Shown piece by piece: positions 37,184 through 50,918 of a DNA stretch of 64,000 bases. Numbering within the stretch: the first letter of the stretch is position 1; each line of letters opens with the position of its first letter. The stretch is taken from contig CM119268.1 of assembly GCA_051294375.1 (NCBI GenBank), forward strand, positions 7,588,632 through 7,652,631, read 5' to 3'. The notes under the pieces are model-generated. The model saw nothing but the letters and a program-made list of their open reading frames with translations, ran no database searches and was not told where the DNA came from. The DNA is from Paraspadella gotoi. Its lineage: Eukaryota; Animalia; Chaetognatha. The position numbers and the translations under genes are program-made.

Positions 37184-40100
37184 GTTTTGGAGCGTAATCT
37201 CGTCAACGAACATTAAAAGACTCATGATTTATATCATTATTTTGTTGATACCTTTGAATATTTATTTGATTAACATTTGGATTTCATTTTGCATTGTTTT
37301 CCAGTCTAAGTTTATCGTTTGCCATTATTAATATAATTGGGCAGTGCTATGAATTCCATAATACTTAATTCGCATTGGTGGTCGCTCCTTTCGTTTTTAT
37401 GTTTCTCGATCCGCAGATCCACATATTAGGTAGCCGTTGGACTGTCCAGCCGCTGCCGCCCGTTTGCTGGTCTCTCCGCGTGGCCAATCAGTTGGGGAGT
37501 TCCTTTATCAGCGCCGCCGCAGAGGTCATGCGTCCCATCGTCATTTTTCGTTCCACCGGTGTTCTTCATAAAACCGACCCCCTAACATGTGGTGCATCGT
37601 CCTATTCTGCATTTCTTATGTAGAGAACCCCTGTCGGTTGACAATCTGCGCTCTTTCCTTGGTCAGTTTGCGTCATCGCCCATTGGTCTTATCGGGGTTG
37701 ATCCTTACGTACTGTGGATTGGCGATGACCTTTTTTTTGTTCCGTCAGCCAGGTTTGGCTGTTTGACAGCACCTTTTTTTCTGGGTTCAGCCCCTGCTGT
37801 GAAGTTGCTGTGTTTTGTCCTTCAAAAATATTTCTTCCTGAGACTTTGCTGCCGAATCTTGCCTTGGTTGGAGAAAAGTTTGTGTCTACGTTTTGGTGAC
37901 ATTGTCGCGGTTTGCGAAGCGACCTTGGCGGCAGTTTCTCTCTGCATGCGTTGTTTAAAGACGGCAAACGTTCGCTGTGAGCCCAATTAGCTTTTGTCAT
38001 GTGGATCACTCTTGGACGACCTGGCCTACAGATTCAACTTGAAGTCCCTGGCTTTAGATAGTTCGGAGGTGGGAGGCTGGACTTGCTACCTCCCTCATGT
38101 GGCCGACTTCCATCGCGGCTGAATTGTAAAAGTCCGCCTCTACATTCGGCACGGTTGCTTAGCCCTATACCCTAACATCCGCAAGGTAACCCCCAAGACA
38201 TTTCTCTCAAAGACTTCTGTGGTTGTAGTCCTTTGTGTGCGGATTTCACCAACTTCAAGGGTGACGAGGACAAGGGTGTTCGGCTTGAACTGCTTCCTGG
38301 GCGGACCAGAGCGACGGGATTTTTTAAGCCACCTGGATGCATCCTCAGAGTGATTGGTGTTCCTTTTTTTTTTTTTGGACTCTCTCTTCGATGCTAGATG
38401 TTTTTAGTTTTGGTATTTCATTGCACCGCTTGCCCTGTGGGACTGTTTTTTTAGACAAATATAAACTTTTTATCAGCGTTTTTTATTAAACATTTTATTC
38501 AACTCCGTAATTTCTTACCAAATTCTTAACTTTTATCATCAAATCGTGACTTCGTCTGCAAGATTTTTTTCGTACGTGTACTTCGAATCGGTTCACATGT
38601 TCTCGCCCGAGGGCTGTCGCGAGGAAGCTTGCTTCTTCTTGATTCCTATTGATAAATTTGACTCTGAGACTTGACGACTTCGAAGAGTGGATAACTCTCT
38701 TTTTGAACGTGCAGTGATTTTAGGCCACTAACCCCATCTATGTGATGCTCGACACAGGAGTTATGCCTCCACTTGGCTCCTTTAAAATTGGATGAGCCAT
38801 CTAGGGAAGTTTTTAAACTTGCCCTCTTGGAGCAAATTTATGCTGCAACCAAGCTGAAGAAATGATTAAGCTATCTTTAATGTACCCACAAGAGACTTAT
38901 CGATGGCAAGCTAAAAATAAATAACTGTCGAATGGGACGGTAAAAGAATCATTTAATCACTTGGCTGTCGCATTCATCAGAAAAGTCTCGAAACACTCAG
39001 AGAAAGACTTGACTGATTTGCCCAAGCGCGAAGAGTTGTTTCTTCAGATTCAGGATGGCTGTTGCCTAAGGCCTTACGGCGACTCAATTTGACTTGGGGT
39101 TTGTGAGAGAAGATTGAGCGAATATAATATAAGCTAAAGGCAAATTGTAAGTTGCGTGAGTCCAAATGACCTCAGGAGGATATTCCTCAAAGTCTAAGTG
39201 CTGAAAAAATCGGTCACCTCACTGGTGCCGCATATGGCTGACGATCGTTCGTTGTTCCGAAGTAGAACGTTGCCATGACTTGGCCTTTCTTACCAAACTA
39301 GAAAATATTTGATGTTCTGATATTAAATAGAGCGTTCAAGAGAAGGATTTATGACCCAGTGATAGAAATCGAGGGCCTAATCGCAGCCTCCTCTTTTTTC
39401 CTCTGTATTCGGTGACGTGATGATCGTGGGCGTGACCCGTAATCTTCAGTACATACTTCCCCGAAATTCTTATCGAGGAGAAGTAGTAGCTATGACAGTC
39501 ATCATGTGGAACCGATTACAATCGTGACCGAGAACGCTCGTTATGGTCGTTATGAAGATCGACGTTCCGATCGTCATGAGGATCGCTATTGTGATCGCCG
39601 GCGAGGGCCGTGGGCAACCGTAGAGTGGATTCCGTCGCGATAAGACGTGACCGAGATGGCTCTCGAGCCGTGACGCGATCGTAAACCGTGGAACAGATAT
39701 CGAGGTAGTTAATACCATCAGATGAAGAAAAGTGGCGCTTAATGCTAGTGAGGAGGAAGCTATCAGAGTCGTTAAGCAGCGGAGATAAGGCTAAGTCCAC
39801 CTTAAGGCGAACCATGGCCGTGACTCAACCCCCGAATAATTTCTTCGGAAAAACTAATTAACCCGATCCTTGCTACGGGTCGAGCAGAGGTGAAAAATAA
39901 TCTTACCCCCAGACGCCAAAGCCAAAATGGAAAGCTGAATTTTATGATTAGTAAGTAGAAGGGAGGAACATCGCCACACTTGGCGGACACGGGTTTTGCA
40001 CTAAGAGTTGTATAAGCGAAGAATTCTTGCGTGCAACCCTGGGGATCAAAGATCGCAGTTTTCGTCCCTTCTCTGCCAAGGGCAAGGCCATTAATAGCAT

Positions 40101-43100
40101 CGTGTCCTTACTATTGTCCGGTATAGTTAATGTAAAATTTACAGCAATTAGATAATACCTATCTTATCGAATCATTGTAGCGTGTAGTTAAAGGGCTTGT
40201 CCAGCCCTCATTCTTTGGTTTGGGACTTTTTCTCGAAAAATATTCGGCTTCCCTTGCCCTTTCGGTTCAAGGCCGACTAATATTCTTGGGTTATCACTCC
40301 GCTCCACTCATTTGAGGAGTCTCATTACATTTCAGGGTTTGCTTTACCAAGTTCCGGAGGACATTGTCATCCCGGACTTCTCAAAAAATGCCAACTGATG
40401 CCGAACTTTAAAACTTGATAGTGACCACTTACTTCGTGCAACCAAAAAACTATTATTACAGACCCCTTTCTTAATCAGGGAGGCATTGTCTGGGCATGGG
40501 TAGGGCCATGTGCCCACATTGACGATTGGTATAATCTATGACCGAGATAATTAATTTGGTAGCCCTGGTAGCATGAAGCTTCCAGCCGGACACATTCTCG
40601 GTATTGCTGAATTTTTTCTTGATGATGATACATTCGATTAATTATTCTGTCAATATCTCAGATTATGCTCTGTTTTCCTATAACAGCAGTGATTCGGCTT
40701 ATTGGATGTCGGTCTGATGATATTCTCCCATAGGGAGATACAGAATAGAGATATAGTGAAAATGGATATAACTTTCTCCAGACACATTACTCAGTCAGAC
40801 CATAACCAATCCCGCAACAAACACCTAAGGTGGAAAATGACATTCCACCAGGCGCTAATAGGATATAGTCCTATAGATTGATTCGGGCCCTAACATTTCT
40901 AAATAACTTCCTTCCTATTATAATGAAAGGCTTGTCGAACTTTTTGGAAAAGGCAGCATGAAGAAAGCTTTTTTCCATATCACAACTAGAGACTAATGGC
41001 CTGCACAAATCATCCCTAATACAATATTAAAGAGCTAATCTTTAAGACAGAGATGGCTCCTCTTATTTGCCGTTACCTACACGTACCGTACTCGACCTGA
41101 GATGCGTGAATGTAATAGACAAGCAAAGCATTTTTGAAATGATTGCTTGATGGCTTGAATCAGCCATTCCAACGATAGCCCTATATTCTCGCTCCGATTT
41201 TATTAGTCAAAATGAAATCAGGTGCTATGGCGCTTCCTACCGATTTTCAGGCGTAATCAATGAACCGCTGCCAATAATATGGTCTTTACGCCTTTACTAG
41301 GAATGGAAGATTCTATTACAGCGTCTTGATAATCCAAGGTGTTTATTCAGCTACTTTGGACCTACTAAGGACGTTTTGGCAAATTAACCATATACATCCT
41401 TGATGGACAGGAAGGTTTTTGGCATTTCTCTACGGGAAGTCAATAGTCACCTGGTAATATCAGGTTGCTCAATGGATGCTAAAAATTCATCCAAGTTGTC
41501 TTAGTTCCCTCATTGCAGCTCGTATTACGGGTTTACCCCCACAAACATGTTATCAGTTACCATTGGATGACATCCTAATTGCTGATTTATGCATATTGTC
41601 TAAAAACCACCACGCCACATGATCAGAGTGTCTTCACAGCCTATAGAGGGGGCTGGTTTGGAAAGCTCAACCCCTTTCAAATTGCTTAATTTGTTCATGA
41701 TACCGTAGGCTAAAACAAAAAATCGCTGTTAGGCCATTAAGCTCTCGCGAGTGTTATAGCTCTCGATCCTCGGGAGATTGTTTTGAAAAAGATCCGATCG
41801 TGGACTCCGCCCGAAAATGCAAAACGCCTTAAAACCTTTCCTTGTGGTTTGACGGTGGTAACTACCGTCAATTATGTCAAGAAATTACAGTAAAGTATGC
41901 TCAGCCCTAAATAGATACATAACTGTAGAATGGTGCAAAATGGTGTTGGAAAGATGGCAAATCAGAAAGCATTTTGATGAGCTCAGAACGGCACACTCTA
42001 TTTCGGATGCAATTATGCATTAACCTACCTTGATTTTACAAAAAAACCTGGTTACCATTTAAGATGATACCTCTTTCTACTCGCTATAGGTTATTTGTCC
42101 TAACCCAGAAAATTGAGGGCGGAAATAAAAGTTCATTTTCCTATGGATTCTAAAAAACTATTCATAAGCCCACAACAAAAATGTCTAACATACGATAGAG
42201 AGTTTATTTTGCCTTGCTTTCGGCAATCCGCGCAAAATGCCCAATTATCTTAGGCATCGGCGCCGTTGCCCATTGCTATAATGATTCACAGACCCTTGCT
42301 TTCTTGGAAGAAAAGTCCGATCCAAAGAAATGATTCCATAGTAGGCGTACCAGGTGTGGGCCATTTGAGACAGTATAGACACAGTAATTGATAGAATGAT
42401 ATGAAGGCTCATATACAAACAGAGGCAAAAATTCATTCTGACGCGAGATGCAATGAGCAGACGAGGACGAGGAGGTATGAAACGAAGCCCTCTGAAGAGG
42501 ATTGAATTATGTGCATATATATGCAGAGGAATGGTAATTGGCCTACTTGGTATCGATGACCTAGATGATTCTAGGGTTGTACAATTGAATGTCATGAATT
42601 GTTGAAAGCCTTTGGCGCTTAAAGCGCCACAGTGAGATGATTCCACCATGGCGAGTCATGGAGTTTTGTCAAAAATCAGGAAAGAGGCCGGCCTAGCTTT
42701 CATTTCCTGAGAAGTGTATTTAAAAGTAACTTTATATCGATTTGTTTATCCTAAAGGGTGCCCTGTATCGTAATGTGGTTTAACAAAGGTATCATCTCCG
42801 GTGATGTGTGCAAGCAGGTTTGCTACCGGAATAAGGCCTTGTCGCAAATGTCTTGAAGGATAGCCGATGGCTCAATGGTTAGCTGGGCATCAGTAACAAC
42901 ACATGCAAGACAAAATTATTTTTTTTAACGCTAGTGCACATTTAAGGTCCCACTATTGGGCGATGATGTTTGCTTCAATTTACAAGGAATTGCTCTATCT
43001 GTGATCAGATGCAGAGAGCCGCAACCGAAAGTGAAAACTCTCTTTACAGCCTATTATTGCATGAAAAACTTGTGTATCGAACCGATGTTAGTTGTGATCT

Positions 43101-46100
43101 TTGATTGCAACTTCAGTTCTCCGGAAACTTTTTAAAATCGTCCCTTAGTTTTTCAAAGTGTAATTATTTCTGGGATATATTAAGCTTATTCATAAGACTT
43201 AAGAAACAAAAACGTCAAATTGGCATCGCTAAAGCACTTTTGAGATTTTGATAAGTCTGCTTTGCGGGCCCCCCTAAACGTTCTCCAACGTCTGACAATG
43301 GTAGGTGAGTGTGTCTCTGAAATCTGAATGAATGCGACTCTGTAATGCGTCCTATGGACAATAAAGCGAAACTAGAAAGAAATGTCGCATTACAGACCCC
43401 AATCTCAAGGGCAAATGTAGAGAGACAAAAACCGAACCTAATAAAAAGATTTAAACCAAGGTCGTTCTCTCAACAATATAATTGGTAAATCATAGGGTGG
43501 ACCACTTCGCCATATGTTGAAGAGTGTGTACATACACTATACAACCATTGCAAAAAATACGATAAATGGACTCCAATTTTTGCTTTATCTTTGGATGAGG
43601 CCTCCCCCAGTATCTCAATACACATACCAGTTAGGTGAGAGAAAATTAAAAATAAACATTAAGTCTTAATGACTATGTTTCAGAGTATGCGCCAAAAAGG
43701 TCTTGCGAACAATATAGAGCGAGGGCCCCCAAATCGAAGGAAAATGCAAAAAAGACGCAAAAGACTGCACCGAGCAATTTTATCAATAAGAAAGCCAAAG
43801 GTGCTCCTCTTGATGTGGGTCACCACGTTTATGAGCGGGTCCCAGACGATGAGACGAAGGAAATATTAGAACCGCACCTCCGTTTGGCGCGTTGATCGGC
43901 CCTCAAGTTAAAGGAAAGAATGCCGTAGCCATACAGGAGGCACCAGAGCACTTTCCGACTACATTAAATATGTCAGAAGACAAACATTGGTAAATTATAT
44001 TACGTAAAAATACGCTGAACAATTAAAATTGTAAATGCTAATTACAACAATATAAATAGAGAATACTACCTCTTGATCAAAATAAGAGAGACTCACTTCC
44101 CCAATGTGTAGGTTTTTGTTATGCTGTAATCAATGCAGAGCAATAATGATCGGAGAATTGCTGCCTATATAGCAGACACGCTTATTAAGGCCTTCCAAGC
44201 CTCGGCCTGCAATATATGGATAGACCTACTTATTCCCGGCGACACTAAATAATGCTACCGCCAGGGTTGGCAGGCGTCATATTTACCTGATTCCAGAAAA
44301 CCATCTAAGAGCCTACCATAAGAGGCTCTTTTACTGCCACTCATTTCGTAATATCAGCGGAGCTAAATGCTCAAAACATACGTTAGTGGTTTTTACAAAA
44401 ACTCAGAAAACTTTTCTGCAGACTATTGTTTTAGTACTCTCAAAGGAGTATGTAATTCTTCGGGTGCTATCAGGAGAAGCTAATGTGATTAGAAAGCTCG
44501 CTCTAATTATCTTTTTGATGAATTTTTTACGCCATTTTCACAGAGTGTGCGACTTTGGATTGCATAATTAATGTAACTGACACCTGAAAAATTTTAGCCT
44601 AATATCGAATTCTCTTCATATTAAATTTCACTAGACCTCCTCCCCCTCACCCATGGTGTTAGGGAATGAGATACTAACAAGTAATACCATCTGTAAATAA
44701 AAATAAAGAGCCCGAAGAAATGCGTTGTGAGACGAAGTGCAAAGACTTAGATCAAATAAACCAACATATTTTCTCCTTTAGGGAATCAATTAGCAAATAT
44801 TATAGAGTTAGAAAATTATCAAACTGATAGTCCTCGTTCCTTTCTTCGCAAGGTCCATTTTGTTGGCCTCCTACACCGGAAAAAATATAGTAGAATGTTT
44901 TTACTTTATGTTAGATATTCATCTTTTATACTTACATGTTAGTTTTGGTCAGAGTGACAACTTGTTAGGTTTATTGCTCTCATGAAAGCTAAGCATTTCC
45001 AAGTCAAAATGTTTTCAATTTAGCTGGTTCACTACCGCTTTTACAGCTTATGGATAATTAACGAATTGGCCATCAAATAAACAATTTTATTATAATATTA
45101 TGCATATGGTGTGGATGTCTGTGATGCTGGTAGGTTTGGATTCTTGCTAAACAAAAAAACTAGTATGATATATATAGAGATCATCTTAAACCTAAAAATG
45201 CGCGCTAAGAATTATTTGTATATTGCCTAATCTGCTATAAGTCTTTTACGATGTAGGACTTTGTGATACTAGTTTCTTTATTTTTTGAAACGAGCTATTG
45301 ATTATTTGGATTTGTGTTTTATTCTCTAGTTGTTTACTCTTTTTTTAGTTAGTTCGTTTAAAAGTCTCATTCTTTTTACCTTTTTGGACGCCCACTAAAA
45401 TCGGGGGAAAGAAAAACTAATATTATGGCAGCGCCATTCAAAGCTATCGACAATTGTCGGACGTGTTAATTATAACGCTGTTCACACCTGTTCTTACAGA
45501 GCGGTAAACTGGCCTACGCGAGGACCGGAAAGTCTTGTTTGAACTCTCTTCCAAATTTCGCCCTGTGTCGGTTGTGCCACAACGCCCTCTAGCTGACACC
45601 GGGATCAGTCACCTAAACCCGTTACGACAGTTTATATGCTCGATATTAGCACGGAAGTCTTGCTTTCAAAAGAACATCGCTGAGTAAAGATATAGAAGAT
45701 GATCCATTCAGATTTAAAAGATGGCCAAAGGCATTTACTTGTCGAACCATCGAACCGAAAATAAAAAAAAATAATATCACAAAGCAACTCAAGCAAAGAA
45801 GCAAAATAACGAAAGCGACCAATTCAAAAATCAAAAAAAAGAGGAACGCTTTATCAAAATTAATTGATTTCACAGAGGAAATTTGAAAAAAGGAAAAAAC
45901 ACATCTCTCGAAGAAGACTCTTCATGCCAAGAGAAGAATCTACTGACATGTACCGCACTCTCTATATCGATAAAGTCATCATAAACAGAAAAAACGAACA
46001 AGAGTGAAAGATATAAGGGCTCATCAACATAGGCTTTAAAAAAGCAAACAATAGACCTGATATACTGAAAAAAAATTAAAATTAAGAATCTGAGCTTACG

Positions 46101-46563
46101 GAAAAAAGACGATCTAAGGTAAATGGCGTAGTCCCCGCCCCTATATCCCCTCGCACAACTAAACTCGTCGATATAATTGTCATAAACCAGATAATATGAA
46201 CAATATAGAAAATAACATGTCCTCTCACTCAGAATATTACATATCTCAGTATAAATAATTGGACACAAGAGTACATGTGATGCGTGAGGGTCCTTCCAAA
46301 GTTTCTATAGCGAAATTCTTCTCAAATAGCACATCAAATCCTCTCAAAACTGAATAAATTCTCATATATTCACCTAATTGGAGGAGATTTGCGAAATCTC
46401 CAATATACGACAGTCATAATAACCAGAGATAAAAAAATAATTAAAGCAATCGACAATTGGCATATCTCTATGGGTTCTGGTCACATCCCCATGGAGATAG
46501 GCCCTTCGCGCTTCGTCAGTACATCGATAAATCTGGCAATATGGTGATCAATTCTCCATAATA
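37183..46563 (+). mobile_element. Ty3/Gypsy LTR retrotransposon, apparently full length, flanked by (TC)n
   Basis: Starts TG right after (TC)n. Contains an R/D/S-rich gag tail (~39470-39700) and PR-RT-RH-INT domain order. A polypurine tract GGGGGAAAGAAAAA (45403-45416) is followed by TATTATGG (45421), whose inverse CCATAATA ends the element (46556-46563) and also occurs at 37356-37363. LTR limits are uncertain because the sequence is noisy. Confidence 0.85.
39980..43450 (+). pseudogene. pol: Gypsy pol (protease, RT, RNase H, integrase), frameshifted (read errors or decay)
   Basis: LADTG (39980-39994) followed by KSCISEEFL; APILLVK (41191-41211); LDL..FWQI (41356-41385); LDDILIAD (41563-41586); YDREF (42191-42205); SDNG (43291-43302); HYRPQSQG (43388-43411). 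Confidence 0.9.
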
Positions 46564-47257
46564 TCCCCTCTCTCTCTCTCTCTCTCTCATTATTTGTGAA
46601 ATAAAAATTAGTCACTTTTCACAACATGTCAAGCGCAGAAGAAGACTTGTAACTTAGAGTCGAAACATTTACGAAATTAAATAAACCATCGTTGTTGAAC
46701 CAAAGAATTTCTTTTTTTCTCTCATCTAATTTCAAACGCAACGAAAAGAAAGAATTGATAAAATATATCAGCCCATAATTTCCTATTCCGTTTCACGTTG
46801 CGCGCAGTCAATTGCTTCTGAATCCACGCTGTGCGCATTTAATTCGCTCAGATTCCAAGCTGCGCGCACTGAATTTGCAGTCGCTCGCGCCAAATTTCAC
46901 GTGGAGTGTAACAAGAAAAAAAAATGGGCGTCGCGTTGGTAGCATCTCTACTGTTTTTTTAAATTCTTCCCGCGNNNNNNNNNNNNNNNNNNNNNNNNNN
47001 NNNNNNNNNNNNNNNNNNNNNNNNNNNNNNNNNNNNNNNNNNNNNNNNNNNNNNNNNNNNNNNNNNNNNNNNNNNNNNNNNNNNNNNNNNNNNNNNNNNN
47101 NNNNNNNNNNNNNNNNNNNNNNNNNNNNAAAAAATAACATTTTCTTCTACAAGAAATCCATTGTCGATTCACTTGACATCTCGCGAATCTCGTTAGTTTC
47201 ATTCTCCATCTTTCTTCCTTTTTATTTCTTATNNNNNNNNNNNNNNNNNNNNNNNNN

Positions 47258-50200
47258 AGGTCCGCCGGTGTTTGAAGTCGTCAGAGAACTTGAATAGGTT
47301 CCAACGCCCAAAGAATGCCTCTGAACATCCAGAGTTCCTTGTAAACGAAGCAATTCCATTTTGAGATAAACTGGACTTTGATTGTTTGTTCCGGTCCATA
47401 CCAGGGTGTGAAACATGCTGGGCGTGTGGAGCTGCACAAAAAGAATTAGTAGTAATATTCAACATGTTTAACTACTCGAGCGGTAGCCTTGAAATACTAA
47501 AGGACATGACATCCAATCAATGCTCTGCGCGCTAATTAGATATTTAAAAATTGTTTTGTTTCACCCAGGTCTGTGTTACGGCACATTTCATCTCTCGACA
47601 ACAGGTACAAATCTCGTAGGAGCGAGAGCACGAGATGAAGAAAGCAACTGCATTCATCTCGCAAGAGCAACGAAAAATATTCTACGAAAGACAATCGCCC
47701 TCGCCAAAGTATTACCTTGGACCCTTTCGGACCGGACCAAAACGCTCCGCATTGCGGGAGGAGCATGGGAAAAGGTTGATCCGTGATGAGACCAAAAAAG
47801 ACATATCAACGCCGTCATCCCAGTCAGAGTTAAGGACGTCAACACATTCGCAACGATCCTAAGGTGAAATATCAGGTATTATGGAATCGACGCCCATTAA
47901 ACATTCGAATCTTACCGATCCAAAGAAGCCAGCATATTTGACATATCTCCAAGCCAAATTATTCTGTTCTTATTCCATATTATTTACATCGTCATTCAAC
48001 ACTAACCTACCTTATTACCATTATGCAGCGTGCAGAAGCAGGGATTGCTGAGCGTAGCGGCCGTGGAAGGCACACGCTGAGGGATAGAGGGGGTGGCAGA
48101 TTCTTTCTGGAAACGTTTTGCGCACTCATGAGTATTTAAATCTCGTTACAGAGAACGCGAACGAAATGGCGAAACACAGCCCGAAAACTTGAAGGAAGGA
48201 CAGGGCAGTTTTCTACTCTGTCGAGCCGAACGCCCCGCGGGATCAATGGAAGACGGGCAGAGTTCGTCGAAATCAAAAGGAGACGGCTGAATCGCGATCA
48301 GAGCAGAAAAGCCATTCGTCCGCCCTCTGCCGACGGAAGAACCTTCCGACCGTTCACCACAACGCGCTTGGTTTCAACTCGAACTTGGATTATTAAAACT
48401 ATTTTCCAAAAAAGAAAAACTTTTCTTTAACTTAAATCACGAAATAACGAAAACAAAACTCATGGTAAAGTGAATTTGTAAAGTGCCAAATGTAACTAAC
48501 TAGTCGTAGTCAATGCAAAATCAGAGAATCAAAAAAATATAAAAATTATCATCGTTCCATCGAAAAAAAGTAAAATCCTCGCGAATTTAGAAGAAAATCC
48601 AGCCCTCTCAAAATCATGAATATTCGAACCCAATCGTCAAACGTCGTGCTTTTTAGAGAACAATTGAGACTCATCGATTTGACAGATAGGTTTCGAAAAA
48701 TTTATGGCTGAGAAGTGGAGCAGGCTTATTTCAAAGTTTTGGAGTTATCCGCCAGCGGACAAGAAGATTTCCGATACTAGAAACATATAGAGCGAGAAAG
48801 AGGGACAGATAGCCAGGAAACCTAGCCAAAAAGAAACATAAAAGGCATCTATGTCCCACCCGCCAATGAAAAGAAGATTGCACGAAGACACGATCTCATC
48901 ACAAAAGTGTGTCGGTATTACCGGAAGGAAGAAGCTCCGATGAGGAAATTCAAAAAAAGAACATCCTTAGAGTTCGGAGAAATGCAAAAAAAAAAGCAAG
49001 CGGGCTGCCAAAAAGAGAAAAGAAAGTGACTTTCGCTTGAACGACGATTTCAGTCTACAAAAGTAAACAGTGGTCAACGAACGAAACCGAGGGCCAAAGG
49101 AATGCACCGCGGTCTACCAAACGACTACCATCAACATCAAAAAAAAAATCAAACGAGGGTCCATACAACTGACACAACGAGGACCGAGGAACCTGAAGAG
49201 GACGAAAAATCAAAGCTTGAAGTCAGCTGATATCGAAGAGAACGAAATCCAAAGACAGACGACACATGCGCGCCCTCCAAGTATGACCACTCTCTACTTA
49301 CCGAAAACTATTTACTTCAAAAACAAATAAACTAATTCACGATCGAACTCGCAAAGTTTGAACATTAAAGTTGGTCGCGAAAGACTCAGTGGTTATTCGA
49401 AGGTTTTTTCTTATTACATTGGTTTTCAGTTTGCCATTGGAAAACGGCCAACGCTTTCGCCAACGGAATGGAGCGAAATCGAAAAATGCTTGGGACGATC
49501 TCGGGAGAAAGCGGACAAGGTGAAAACCGAAAAAGAAAAATATTCGAATCTTTTGATATTAAAGTGATAAAAAAGAAGAACTGAAGCAGAAGGGGAAAGA
49601 GAAGCCAAAGGATTTAGCGGACTAAGCAAAAAAGCTGATCCAAACAAAGCAGGTTCCTCCGCTGTAAAGCAAGAAGATACTCGTCAACGTGAATCAAAAG
49701 TAAAGATCGATAGTCGCGTGAAAAAAATCTGTAGATCCAGGAGAAGAAAAAGCCACAAATCTTTTTCACAACGATGCCGTGAAAAAAGTATTGAGCTAGA
49801 AAAAGGCTCGAGACAATATTCTTCCAAAAAAATTATCAGAGGCTAGAATCAAATAAATAAACCTAAACGACAATCGGAAAAAACTCCTATTTGTGATAGT
49901 TTTTTTTTATGACACCAAACTGAAATACGTCATCGCTAAAACTTATTTAAAGTTCGAGTAATAGTTTTTTTAGTTTTCAATGGATCTATGCAAACGGTTT
50001 TTAAAAACAAACGAAAAGGTAAATTGAATGAACAATGGAAAAAGGAGAATAAACTTTGCGACATGTATGGAAACTTATCAGGAAGTCAATCAACGTCCGG
50101 TAGAAAAGCTCATTTTTTTGCCGAGCGTCGAACTTTCAAGAGAGACGAGAAAAAAAAGCAATGCAGAAATCGACAAGAAGTCAAAAAGATCCTTGAAGCG

Positions 50201-50860
50201 GCGTTAGAAAGGGTACAAGGAAAAAAAAAGCAGAGAATCTCTCAGAAGAAGAAAGAAGAGGGAACACTTTTCTATTGACGTTTAGAGAAAAAAAATTTGT
50301 TGTGATGTTCATTCAAAGATTCTACATCGAAATATTGGCCAGGACTGTATACGGAAATAAAAAGAGGACTGATAAAAAAATTATTTGATACTCGAAAAGA
50401 AAGACAAGATTAACATCGCTTGCGAAAAAAAAGAAAAACTAGAGGTGTTTATATCGAAAATGAAATAAATTTATCGAATAATTTGTTTATTCGAAATGGT
50501 AGCCTGAAATTTCCGGAAAAAGAAAGAATGGATTGGGCTGCTAAGCTACACGATTTGCAGACCTCATCAGTATGGGAAGACGCCGATGAAGGAAAAAACT
50601 AACTAATGTCTTACGAAACTTTTATCTGGAAAGCAACGAAAAACAGAAATAAAAAGACGCAAAACAAAGATAAAGAAACTGAAGCCTGACCTATGTTGGA
50701 AGAACAAACAATAACTTTTGAAACAATGGATAGAAGGTCCCGGTATAATACAAAATAAAGGTGAACTTCTCGAAAACTTCCCAAGAGAAAGAAATGAGGA
50801 TGAACACATAACGAACAAAGCGGAAAAAAAAAACTCACCCAAAATAGACTTGATTCAAGG
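47258..50860 (+). pseudogene. Multi-exon, Lys/Glu-rich coding sequence of unknown identity upstream of (possibly fused to) the transposase
   Basis: Purine-rich coding-like blocks separated by short AT-rich GT-AG introns (acceptor 47568, donor 47864, donor 49281, acceptor 49429, donor ~50859). Contains CETCWACG and a SKYWPG motif (~50328-50345). Confidence 0.45.
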
Positions 50861-50918
50861 TAACGAAACCCAGGCGTAATGTTTTGTTGTTTGTTTTGAA
50901 TCAATTCAGTCACTCAGG

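Noticed and set aside
37375-37392. TGGTGGTCGCTCC as the Gypsy primer-binding site
   Set aside because: The position is plausible, but I cannot match it to a specific tRNA 3' end in this noisy sequence.
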